From Eledone cirrhosa (taxonomy: Eukaryota), in assembly GCA_964016885.1 (NCBI GenBank), contig OZ024749.1, positions 6,324,001-6,388,000 of the forward strand: DNA of 64,000 nucleotides, in the 5' to 3' direction. The position numbers and the translations under genes were made by a program. The notes beneath the pieces were generated by a model. The model had not been told where the DNA came from, did no database searches, and was given only the letters and a program-made list of their open reading frames with translations. Shown here piece by piece: positions 37,552 through 50,520 of this stretch; position 1 is the first letter of the stretch, and the number at the start of each line of letters is the position of its first letter.

Positions 37552-37668
37552 CGTTTCAATTTGGAGTTTTCTCTCTTCCTGTGTCAGAACTTTAAATGCC
37601 TCATCATATAGAATATTTTGCAAACGTTTAACTTCCGCTTTCTCCATATTTTCTTTCACCAATAATTC
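37552..37668 (-). CDS. CCDC39: Internal coding exon of a CCDC39-like coiled-coil ciliary protein (ELLVKENMEKAEVKRLQNILYDEAFKVLTQEERKLQIET)
   Basis: Minus strand: pyrimidine tract ...ttttctattccaacag acceptor, 117 nt open (phase 0/0), gtaata donor. The peptide resembles the CCDC39 'L..E.N..K.EVKR....L...A..VL..E.RK.Q..T' segment (recalled from memory) and joins in frame to the exon at 21358. Confidence 0.8.
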
Positions 37669-38399
37669 CTGTTGGAATAGAAAAACAAAATATATAACTT
37701 AATGAAGAATGAGTTTGATTTTTGAAAGTGTTTTTTTTGCTTGCGTTTTAATTATTTTCTTTATTTATTACATTTCCTTCTTTTGAAAAAGGAGCCCCAA
37801 CCCCGAAATATCCTGAAATCTAAGATAAAAGTGTTTGTTGTTGCTCTCATTCTTTTCACTCTTTTATGTCTAACTTGCATTGTAATTAGCTTTTCCAAAA
37901 CACCGTTAACAATTATGTCTCAGTTTAAAATTATAACGACCATAAATAACCAAATAAATTATAGTTTAAAAAATACATTTCAATTTGTTTGCATAAAAAA
38001 GAAATGAAAAAATTAAACAGGCAAAATAGGGGAAAGTAAAGAGGGAGAAGTAGACTCTATACACCAGGTTAGGGACTATATTTCTGTTGTACTGACAAAA
38101 TGGTAACAGGTCTTGCTGCAGAGCACTACCAGCAACACCCACTACATCAGACATTCCATTTCATGAGGGTCCTTTGTCAGATGTGATGCAGTCCTCCAAT
38201 TTTGCAGAAGAAAATATCAGGTTGTGGACTGAGGACATCGGAGGTCTTATTGGCAGCTCGCACAAAAAAGAACCACTCAATCATGTCCAAATATTAGCCT
38301 ATATTCTTCTCCTCCATGTTATGGTTGGCAATGCCTGAGTTTGTGGCCAAACCAACAACATTGGATGTAGAGAATATGTCACAGCATGATCTAGATATA

Positions 38400-38478
38400 C
38401 AGGGTGTCCCCCCAAAATATATACACATATTTATTAGAATGCTGTTGAAGTATGTATACATTTTCAGGGGACATCCTG
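38400..38478. mobile_element. Tc1/mariner-type MITE
   Basis: TA|cagggtgtcccc...ggggacatcctg|TA terminal inverted repeats with TA duplication. Confidence 0.7.
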
Positions 38479-38957
38479 TATATCTATATCAGCTGGGTAA
38501 AACCAAGGATAAATCAGAAATGCACAAGGCAGAATGATTACTGTAGCAACGCCTTTCATGCATTTTACAGACACATAGGCGAGTTAGAGAAGAATACTTT
38601 GATCACTCATTTTGTTTTGTTTTGAACTGTTTCAACTTTTCATCTGAAAAGGGGGTAATAGCTCTGAAATATCACGGTAAAATACTCTGGGTAAAACATT
38701 ATATTCTTTTGTTTGATTTGTCATTATTTGCCCTTTGTATTTGTCTACCACATTACACTGGCTTTTTGAAAACAATTGGCCTTTTATGATATATATAATT
38801 CGAAATTCAGTAAGACGAAGGATTAAATTATTGTTTACTTCCATATTTATAAACATTTCAATACAATTTGATATTTTACATCAATAATGGAAAAAAACGA
38901 AATCTTTGGCAGTTAATTAACTCCATTAAAATAGGGAACTAACACATATAACCTCAT

Positions 38958-39460
38958 ATCATCATCATCATCATCGTTTAACGTCTATCTTCCACGTTAG
39001 CATGGGTTTAGACAGGAATTGTCATACTTGAGGCAAGATTGGTCATCTTGCTCGCATAGGACTGTCTGGCAAGTTTTCTACAGCTGGATGCCCTTCCTAA
39101 CACCAACCACGTTTACAGTGTGGACTGGGAGGTTTTTACCGTGTTACCTACACGGCCACATTACAGTGTGGACTGTGTGTGTTTTTGTCGTGATACCTAT
39201 ACAACCTCATTTATTTTGGACTGGATGTTGTGGTACCAACATAACTTTACAGAGAAAGGGGTGATGTTGATGGGGGTGGGGTAGTGGGTTGGGGGTATAT
39301 ATTTGATTAAGAGGTGCCTACTGACTGTAGGTTTCGCTTTGTACTTAGGCAAGACGGATTTTCTGTATTACTGCGTAGCGCCAAAGATCTCGGTCCAGTG
39401 ACATTGTCTTAGAGAGGTGTAAGAGTGTAAGGTCAGAATTTACCAAATTGGCCCAGGTTT
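38958..39460 (-). mobile_element. Short 5'-truncated RTE-B-related copy
   Basis: Similar to 18213-18715 (UTR plus last codons of the ORF). Confidence 0.75.
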
Positions 39461-39569
39461 TTCTTCATATATTAGTGAATATATGTATATAATAAATATA
39501 TATATATGTACAATAACCAATAGAACTTTTATCATATATAGGGCTATATCCTTATATCCTGTTGTCTAC

Positions 39570-42500
39570 TTGGGGGGTAGGTTTAACTCACTACCGTGTT
39601 TCACACACCTGGACCTTGGGAGGTAGGTTTAACTCACTACCATGTTTCACACACCAAGAACTTGGGAGGTAGGTTTAACTCACAACTGTGTTTCACACAC
39701 CTGGACCTTGCGAGGTAGGTTTAACTCACTACCGTGTTTCACACACCAAGATCTTGGGAGGTAGGCTTAACTAACTGCTATGTTTCACACACCAAGAACT
39801 TGGGAGGTAGGCTTAACTCACTGCTATGTTTCACACACCAAGAACTTGGGAGGTAGGTTTAACTCACTGACATGTTTCACACACCAAGAACTTGGGAGGT
39901 AGGTTTAACTCACTGACATGTTTCACACACCAAGAACTTGGGAGGTAGGTTTAACTCACTACCGTGTTTCACACACCTAGAACTTGGGAGGTAGGTTTAA
40001 CTCACTACCGTGTTTCACACACCAAGAACTTGGGAGGTAGGTTTAATTCACTACCGTGTTTCACACACCTAGAACTTGGGAGGTAGGTTTAACTCACTGC
40101 CGTGTTTCACACATCAAGAACTTAGGAGGTAGGCTTAACTCACTGCTATGTTTCACACACCAAGAATTTGGGAGGTAGGCTTAACTCACTGACATGTTTC
40201 ACACACCAAGAACTTGGGAGGTAGGCTTAACTCACTGCCATGTTTCACACACCAAGAACTTGGGAGGTAGGCTTAACTCACTGCTATGTTTCACTCACCA
40301 AGAACTTGGGAGGTAGGTTTAACTCACTGCCGTGTTTCACACACCTAGAACTTGAGAGGTAGGCTTAACTCACTACCGTGTTTCACACACCTAGAACTTG
40401 AGAGGGAGGTTTAACTCACTGCCATGTTTCACACACCTAGAACTTGAGAGGTAGGTTTAACTCACTACCGTGTTTCACACACCTAGAACTTGAGAGGTAG
40501 GTTTAACTCACTACCGTGTTTCACACACCTAGAACTTGGGAGGTAGGTTTAACTCACTGCCGTGTTTCACACACCTAGAACTTGGGAGGTAGGCTTAACT
40601 CACTCCCATGTTTCACACACCTAGAACTTGAGAGGTAGGTTTAACTCACTGCCATGTTTCACACACCTAGAACTTGGGATGTAGGCTTAACTCACTCCCA
40701 TGTTTCACACACCAAGAACGTGGGAGGTAGGTTTAACTCACTACCATGTTTCACACACCTAGAACTTGAGAGGTAGGTTTAACTCACTGCCATGTTTCAC
40801 ACACCAAGAACTTGGGAGGTAGGTTTAACTCACTGCCATGTTTCACACACCAAGAACTTGGAAGGTAGGTTTAACTCACTGCCATGTTTCACACACCTAG
40901 AACTTGGGAGGTAGGTTTAACTCACTGCCATGTTTCACACACCAAGAACTTGGGAGGTAGGTTTAACTCACTGCCATGTTTCACATACCAAGAACTTGGG
41001 AGGTAGGTTTAACTCACTGCCATGTTTCACACACCTAGAACTTGAGAGGTAGGTTTAACTCACTGCCATGTTTCACACACCAAGAACTTGAGAGGTAGGT
41101 TTAACTCACTGCCATGTTTCACACACCTAGAACTTGAGAGGTAGGTTTAACTCACTACCGTGTTTCACACACCAAGAACTTGAGAGGTAGGTTTAACTCA
41201 CTGCCATGTTTCACACACCAAGAACTTGAGAGGTAGGTTTAACTCACTGCCATGTTTCACACACCAAGAACTTGAGAGGTAGGTTTAACTCACTTCCATG
41301 TTTCACACACCAAGAACTTGAGAGGTAGGTTTAACTCACTGCCATGTTTCACACACCTAGAACTTGAGAGGTAGGTTTAACTCACTGCCATGTTTCACAC
41401 ACCAAGAACTTGAGAGGTAGGTTTAACTCACTCCCATGTTTCACACACCAAGAACTTGGGAGGTAGGTTTAACTCACTCCCATGTTTCACACACCAAGAA
41501 CTTGGGAGGTAGGTTTAACTCACTACCATGTTTCACACACCTAGAACTTGGGAGGTAGGTTTAACTCACTACCGTGTTTCACACACCAAGAACTTGGGAG
41601 GTAGGTTTAACTCACTACCATGTTTCACACACCTAGAACTTGGGAGGTAGGTTTAACTCACTACCGTGTTTCACACACCTAGAACTTGTGAGGTAGGCTT
41701 AACTCACTACCGTGTTTCACACACCAAGAACTTGGGAGGTAGGTTTAACTCACTACCATGTTTCACACACCTAGAACTTGGGAGGTAGGTTTAACTCACT
41801 ACCGTGTTTCACACACCTAGAACTTGGGAGGTAGGTTTAACTCACTACCGTGTTTCACACACCAAGAACTTGGGAGGTGGGTTTAACTCACTACCATGTT
41901 TCACACACCAAGAACTTGAGAGGTAGGTTTAACTCACTGCCATGTTTCACACACCTAGAACTTGAGAGGTAGGTTTAACTCACTGCCATGTTTCACACAC
42001 CAAGAACTTGAGAGGTAGGTTTAACTCACTCCCATGTTTCACACACCAAGAACTTGGGAGGTAGGTTTAACTCACTCCCATGTTTCACACACCAAGAACT
42101 TGGGAGGTAGGTTTAACTCACTACCATGTTTCACACACCTAGAACTTGGGAGGTAGGTTTAACTCACTACCGTGTTTCACACACCAAGAACTTGGGAGGT
42201 AGGTTTAACTCACTACCATGTTTCACACACCTAGAACTTAGGAGGTAGGTTTAACTCACTACCGTGTTTCACACACCTAGAACTTGGGAGGTAGGCTTAA
42301 CTCACTAACGTGTTTCACACACCAAGAACTTGGGAGGTAGGTTTAACTCACTCCCATGTTTCACACACCTAGAACTTGGGAGGTAGGTTTAACTCACTAC
42401 CGTGTTTCACACACCTAGAACTTGGGAGGTAGGTTTAACTCACTACCGTGTTTCACACACCTAGAACTTGGGAGGTAGGCTTAACTCACTACCGTGTTTC

Positions 42501-42791
42501 ACACACCAAGAACTTGGGAGGTAGGTTTAACTCACTACCATGTTTCACACACCTAGAACTTGGGAGGTAGGTTTAACTCACTACCGTGTTTCACACACCT
42601 AGAACTTGGGAGGTAGGTTTAACTCACTACCGTGTTTCACACACCAAGAACTTGGGAGGTAGGTTTAACTCACTACCATGTTTCACACACCTAGAACTTG
42701 GGAGGTAGGTTTAACTCACTGCCGTCTTTCACACACCTAGAACTTTGGGGGTAGGTTTAACTCACTGCCATGTTTCACACACCAAGAACTT
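39570..42791. repeat. 46-bp satellite, about 70 copies
   Basis: Unit gggaggtaggtttaactcactaccgtgtttcacacacctagaactt with point variants. Confidence 0.97.
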
Positions 42792-43097
42792 CAGTACTTT
42801 TAACAACATCTATTTACTTGGATGTAAAAATTCAGGCAAAGTCTATGTGGATGTCTAAAATGACAACAATTATGCAGATTGGGGTGATGACGATAATGAT
42901 GAAGATGGTGATGGTGATGGTAATATTAGTGCGATGATGATGATGACATTGATGATGATGATGTTGATGGTGATGATTGCATTGATGATGATGATGACGG
43001 TGATGGTATCAAACTTCAGATGTCATGTTTCAGTGATTTTGAAAAGTAAACACTACTAATCCCCCACCCCCAAGCAGGAATAAAAGAAAACAAAGCT

Positions 43098-43140
<43 letters not shown>

Positions 43141-43239
43141 CTACACACAATATTATAAATGAAACAACAAAGGGTAAAGATAAAATAAAAATATTAATGA
43201 AAAAAACAAACAGTAGCAGTCCCAGTAAAAACAATAACA

Positions 43240-44210
43240 TCCACCACCACAACACCACCCCACCACTACCACAACAGCAACACCCCACCACCACAAAACT
43301 GCACCACTACCACAACAACACCCTCACCACTACCAACCAACACAACACCCCACCACTACCACCACCACAACAACACCTCACCACCACCACAACAACACCC
43401 CACCACCACCACCACAACAACAACCCCCCATCACTACCACCACCACAACAACACGCCACCACTACCGCCAACACAACAACACCCCACCACTACCACCAAC
43501 AACAACACACCACCACCACCACATCCCGCCACTACCACCAACACACCACCCCACTATCACCACTACCACCACCACAACACCCCACCATTACCACCAACAC
43601 AACAACACCACACCACCACCACAACAACACCCCACCACTACCACCAACACAACAACACCCCACCATCACCACAACAACACCCCACCACTACCACTAACAA
43701 AACAACACACTACCTCCACTACCACAACAACACCCAACCAGTACCACCAACACAACAACACCCCACCACCACCACCACAACAACACTCCACCACCACCAC
43801 TGCCAACCACCACAACACCCCACCACCACCAACCACCACAACACCGCCACCACCACCACAACAACACTCCACCACCACCACTGCCAACCACCACAACACC
43901 CCACCACCACCAACCACCACAACACCGCCACCACCACCACAACAACACTCCACCACCACCACTGCCAACCACCACAACACCCCACCACCACCAACCACCA
44001 CAACACCGCCACCACCACCACAACAACACTCCACTACCACCACTGCCAACCACCACAACACCCCACCAACTACAACACCCCAGCACTACCATCAACAACA
44101 ACAACAACAACAACAACAACAGCAGCAGTAGCGACGACGACGACAACGACAGCGACAACAACAACAACAGCAGCAGCAGCAACAACAACAACAACAGCAA
44201 CAACAACAGT
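43240..44210. repeat. CA-rich low complexity with a tandem block of about 81 bp
   Basis: acaacactccaccaccaccactgccaaccaccacaacacccc recurs about 4 times in 43780-44065. Confidence 0.8.
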
Positions 44211-44419
44211 GAAGACATCAAGACACTAACTGAATATTCATTAGTAAAATCAACATTTATGTTCTCTAACAATATCTTTGTATAAGCTATTAATATGTTA
44301 GTGACGTTCCATTGATCAGCAGCAGCAGCAGCCGTGGGGGTGAGGGGGAGGGGGGAGCCCATTGTCTTTAAATCATTCTAAATTCATAACTGAGAAAAAA
44401 AAATGTACTTTAAAAAGTG

Positions 44420-46405
44420 CAACAACACCACCACTACCACAACCATAACCATCAGCAACATCCCCAACACCACCACTACCACCGCCATCACCACTACCAC
44501 CACCACTACCACAACCATAACCATCAGCAACATCCCCAACACCACCACTACCACCGCCATCACCACTACCACCACCACTACCACAACCATAACCATCAGC
44601 AACATCCCCAACACCACCACTACCACCGCCATCACCACTACCACAACCATAACCATCAGCAACATCCCCAACACCACCACTACCCCCGCCATCACCACTA
44701 CCACTACCACTACCACAACCATAACCATCAGCAACATCCCCAACACCACCACTACCACCGCCATCACCACTACCACCACCACTACCACAACCATAACCAT
44801 CAGCAACATCCCCAACACCACCACTACCACCGCCATCACCACTACCACCACCACTACCACAACCATAACCATCAGCAACATCCCCAACACCAGCACTACC
44901 ACCGCCATCACCACTACCACCACCACTACCACAACCATAACCATCAGCAACATCCCCAACACCACCACTACCACCGCCATCACCACTACCACAACCATAA
45001 CCATCAGCAACATCCCCAACACCACCACTACCACCGCCATCACCACTACCACAACCATAACCATCAGCAACATCCCCAACACCACCACTACCACCGCCAT
45101 CACCACTACCACCACCACTACCACAACCATAACCATCAGCAACATCCCCAACACCACCACTACCACCGCCATCACCACTACCACTACCACAACCATAACC
45201 ATCAGCAACATCCCCAACACCACCACTACCACCGCCATCACCACTACCACCACCACTACCACAACCATAACCATCAGCAACATCCCCAACACCACCACTA
45301 CCACCGCCATCACCACTACCACCACCACTACCACAACCATAACCATCAGCAACATCCCCAACACCACCACTACCACCGCCATCACCACTACCACCACCAC
45401 TACCACAACCATAACCATCAGCAACATCCCCAACACCACCACTACCACCGCCATCACCACCACCACCACCACTACCACAACCATAACCATCAGCAACATC
45501 CCCAACACCAGCACTACCACCGCCATCACCACTACCACCACCACTACCACAACCATAACCATCAGCAACATCCCCAACACCACCACTACCACCGCCATCA
45601 CCACCACCACCACCACTACCACAACCATAACCATCAGCAACATCCCCAACACCACCACTACCATCGCCATCACCACTACCACCACCACTACCACAACCAT
45701 AACCATCAGCAACATCCCCAACACCAGCACTACCACCGCCATCACCACTACCACCACCACTACCACAACCATAACCATCAGCAACATCCCCAACACCACC
45801 ACTACCACCGCCATCACCACTACCACTACCACAACCATAACCATCAGCAACATCCCCAACACCACCACTACCACCGCCATCACCACTACCACCACCACTA
45901 CCACAACCATAACCATCAGCAACATCCCCAACACCACCACTACCACCGCCATCACCACTACCACCACCACTACCACAACCATAACCATCAGCAACATCCC
46001 CAACACCACCACTACCACCGCCATCACCACTACCACCACCACTACCACAACCATAACCATCAGCAACATCCCCAACACCACCACTACCACCGCCATCACC
46101 ACTACCACCACCACTACCACAACCATAACCATCAGCAACATCCCCAACACCACCACTACCACCGCCATCACCACTACCACCACCACTACCACAACCATAA
46201 CCATCAGCAACATCCCCAACACCACCACTACCACCGCCATCACCACTACCACCACCACTACCACAACCATAACCATCAGCAACATCCCCAACACCACCAC
46301 TACCACCGCCATCACCACTACCACCACCACTACCACAACCATAACCATCAGCAACATCCCCAACACCACCACTACCACCGCCATCACTACTACCACCACC
46401 ACTAC
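44420..46405. repeat. 72-bp (60-72) minisatellite of CAC/AAC triplets
   Basis: Unit accactaccacaaccataaccatcagcaacatccccaacaccaccactaccaccgccatcaccactaccacc; continues as degenerate (AAC/ACC)n to about 47945. Confidence 0.95.
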
Positions 46406-47981
46406 CTGCAAAAACAACAATGTCATCAACACCGCCATGGCCACCACCACCACCACCACCAACAACAACAACAATACCATCAACACCACTACCAATACCA
46501 TCACCACCACTAGCAACAACAACAATGCCATCACCACCACCACCACCACCACTAGCAACGACACCAACAATACCATCAACACCACCATCAACACAACCAC
46601 CAACAGCACCACCACTAATAACAACAACAATGCCATTAACACAACCAGCACCACCACAAACACCACCACTAGCAACAACACCAACAATACCATCACCACC
46701 ACCAACACCACCACTAACAACAACAACAATGCCATCAACACCACCAATAATACGACCACCACAAACACCACCACTAGCAACAACACCAACAATACCATCA
46801 ACACCACCAACAATACCATCACCACCACCACCACTAGTAACAACAACAATGCCATCAACACAACCACCAACAGCAACACCAACAACACCACCACTAGCAA
46901 CGACACCAACAATGCCATCACCACCACCACTAGCAACAACAACAATGCCATCAACACAACCACCAACAATACGACCACCACAAACACCACCACCATCAAC
47001 ACCACCAACAATACCATCACCACCACCACCACCACCACCACTAGCAACAACAACAATGCCATCAACACAACCACCAACAGCAACACCACTAGCAACAACT
47101 TCAATACCAGCACTAGCAGCAATAACAACTTCAGCAACACCAAGGCCACCACCACTAACAACAACAACACCAACAACACCACCACCACCACCAACACCAC
47201 CAGTAACAACATCATTAACACCTCCACCACTAACAGCAAAAACAACAACTTCAGTACCACTCCTACCGGCAATAACAACTTTAGCAACACTACAACCACC
47301 ACTACCACTAACAACAATACCAACAACACCACCACGAACAATATCAACAACACTACAACCAACAACGTCGACAACATCAACAATACTACCAACAACATCA
47401 ACAACAACACCAACAACAACACCACCACAACCAACACCAACATCAACAACACCAACAACAACACCACAACCAATAACAACACCACCACAACCAACACCAA
47501 CATCAACAACACCACCACAACCAACAACAACACCAACATCAACAACACCACCACAACCAATAACAACACCACCACAACCAACAACAACAACAACACCACA
47601 ACCAACACTAACATCAACAACAACACCTTCAACAACAACCACAACAATACCAACATCATCACCACCACCACAACAACACCGATACCATCACTTCTACCAA
47701 CAAACAATAACTTCAGCAGCATCACCGACACTAACAGTATCAACAATACCAACAACATCACCACTAACAATACAAACATCTTCAACACCACCACCACCAA
47801 CAACATCACCACAAACAACGACACCATCAACTTCAGAAATACTACCACCACTACAAACAACAACAACAACACTAAAGCATCCACCATAAACAGCAACACA
47901 AACAACAACACCACAAACAACAACATAAACAACAACAACATCAACTATGGCAAAGATAAAGCAACAGAATCATTATTATAA

Positions 47982-48482
47982 GGTTAACTTTGCCTTTCAT
48001 CCCTACGGGGTCGATAAAATAAAGTACCAGTAATACACTGAGTAATTGGTGGCCTTGTGTCAAAACCTAGAAATAATTATATGTATAGGTGGATTGGCAG
48101 TATCGGTAGAGAGTCGGACACCATGCTTTGAAGCATAGGGTTACGTCCCTTTATGATCTGAGTTCAAATCCCGCCGAAGTTAACTTTGCCTTTCATCCTT
48201 ACGGGGTTGATAAAATAAAGTACCAGTAATGTACTGGGGATTTGCTGGCCTTGTGCCTAAAATAGAAACAATTATTATAATATTTATAGGGCGGTGGATT
48301 GGGAGTATCGGTAGGGGGTCGGACGCCATGCTTTGACGCATATAATTACGGCCCTTGCCATTCTGAGTTCAAATCCCGCCGAGGTCAACTTTGCCTTTCA
48401 TCCTTACGGGGTCGATAAAATAAAGTACCAGTAATACACTGGATAATTGCTGGCCTTGTGCCAAAAGTAGAAACAATTATTA
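47982..48482 (+). mobile_element. Three tandem S2 SINEs (first truncated)
   Basis: Repeated aactttgcctttcatcc.tacggggt.gataaaataaagtaccagtaat. Confidence 0.82.
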
Positions 48483-48719
48483 TAATATTTATAGCCAAGA
48501 GAAATTTGAGACAAGATATTGTAAAGACACTTTCAAGTTACAGTGGGTAATTAAACGTAAGATGTCTGGTAATTATAGACTCAATTAGGAGATGTGGACT
48601 ATGTACAGCCGAGAGAAGGTTGATACTGAAAAGTTGTCTTGAAACAGGCTCCTCTTTAAATGCCAAGAATGAGATATGTAAGTCCAGATGGCTCCAAATA
48701 TATTCTAAAATACTTAACA

Positions 48720-49423
48720 TGACCACCACCCATCGCTACCACTGCCACCACCACCACCACCACCATCGCTACCAACACCACCACCATCGCTACCACTGCC
48801 AACACCACCACCATCGCTACCACTGCCAACACCACCACCATCACTATCACTGCCACCACCACCACCATCGCTACCACTGCCAACACCATCACCATCGCTA
48901 CCACTGCCAACACCACCACCATCGCTACCACTGCCACCACCACCGCTACCACTGCCAACACCACAAACAATGCCATCACCATCAACAAAACCAACATCAC
49001 CAGTCCCACTACAACCACCAGCACCACTATTACTGCCACCACCACCACTACCACCACCGTCACCGCTACCACCACTGTCACCTCTACCACCACCACTACC
49101 ACCACTGTCATCACTATCAACACCACTACACTACCACCACCGCCATCACTAACACCACCTCTACACTATCAACACTGTCACAACTACCAACACCGCTACC
49201 ACCGCCGTCACCACCACCGTCACTGCTACAACCACCGTCACCACTACCACCAACATCATCGCTACCACCATGACTACCACGATCACCACTACTACCACCC
49301 CTAACACTACCACCGCCACTGTCACCACCATCAACACCACTAACACTACAACCACCACTCCACTGCCGCCGCCACCATCAACACCTCTAACACTGCCACC
49401 GCCACTCCACTTCCACCACCACC
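48720..49423. repeat. (CAC)n-type low complexity
   Basis: caccaccatcgctaccactgccaa units. Confidence 0.85.
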
Positions 49424-49675
49424 ATGATAGGACTACATTCAGTAGATTGGAACCAGTTTCAACAGAACCTTTCATCATTTTCATATCTCTCACCCTTTTC
49501 CGATCCTTTATTATATTTTATTGGTTTTCTTGATTTCAAAATATACACACCGTCTGGAAGTTTACCTGAAGATATAAATATATATATATATATATACCTG
49601 AGGATATATATATATATATACTAGTTGTTCAAACGGCGTGAGCTCAGCCGCCGGGGTCCTGATCCTTTTCCTATA

Positions 49676-50480
49676 TCTGTATATATATAAATCTGAAAAT
49701 TTCTGAATGTATGTGTATATGTGTGTCGACATTTTTTTAATGAGGGCTCATATATTCTAAACCATTTATGCGATTTCTTTGAAATATTTTACAGAGCTTC
49801 TCCTTGTACAAAACTTGAACATGATCTACAAAGGCTTTCAAAAATCGATATTGGGGCCTTTGGAGACATTAAAAAAGTTTCGGTTATTTGTGTGAATTTT
49901 CGTGATTAAGTAAGACAAGAGTTATATTTCGTAATCAAGAGTTATATTTCGTAATCAAGAGTTATATTTCGTAATCAAGAGTTATATTTCGTAATCAAGA
50001 GTTATCTTTCGTAATTCGGCTCATTCGGATTTTAATTTACTCTTTCTACTTGAACCAAAGAGAATAACAATATCATTTCGTATATTTCACAACCAGCAAT
50101 TTCTAACAGATTACTAAGTTAAGTTATAAATTTGACATTGTATAATTTATCGTTTCAAGCTTGATGTTCATATTAACTGATCTCATAACTTTTACAATAT
50201 TCTGCTTAAATTTATCTAAAGGATGTTTTATACATCAAAGACTTAGAATTATTCTACTTTTTCGCATTGATTAGACTACGTTTCTGACACATAATTTAAT
50301 TATTAACTTGCATACCCTGTACCGCTACATGCACTTCAAATACATTTTACAATTAATCTTTATTTTTACATCCGATTGTGTTATATCGTGTTTCGTCTAT
50401 GTATTCAAATTTACTTTGTTTAGTTTAATGAGCTACATCGAAAGCTACTTGAACCGTCCAAAGGACGGGTAGTTTAGCTA

Positions 50481-50481
<1 letters not shown>
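49676..50481 (+). mobile_element. Non-autonomous Helitron with internal 20-bp tandem repeat
   Basis: 5' TCtgtatatatataaatctgaaaat; 3' hairpin ccgtcc-aaa-ggacgg followed by CTAG|t; caagagttatatttcgtaat x5 at 49916-50015. Confidence 0.72.

Positions 50482-50520
<39 letters not shown>

Noticed and set aside
38632-38856. Possible upstream CCDC39 exon
   Set aside because: No coiled-coil-like peptide with phase-compatible splice sites.
39570-42791. CRISPR-like regular array
   Set aside because: Units are contiguous with no unique spacers, there are no cas genes and the context is eukaryotic; the same applies to the 61-bp and 77-bp arrays.
44373-47981. ORFs over 1000 aa on both strands (mucin-like Thr/Asn-rich, Gly/Val-rich, His-rich)
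   Set aside because: Open in several frames because CAC/AAC triplet repeats lack stops; no signal peptide, domain or convincing splice context. A Thr/Pro-rich exon cannot be fully excluded without RNA data.
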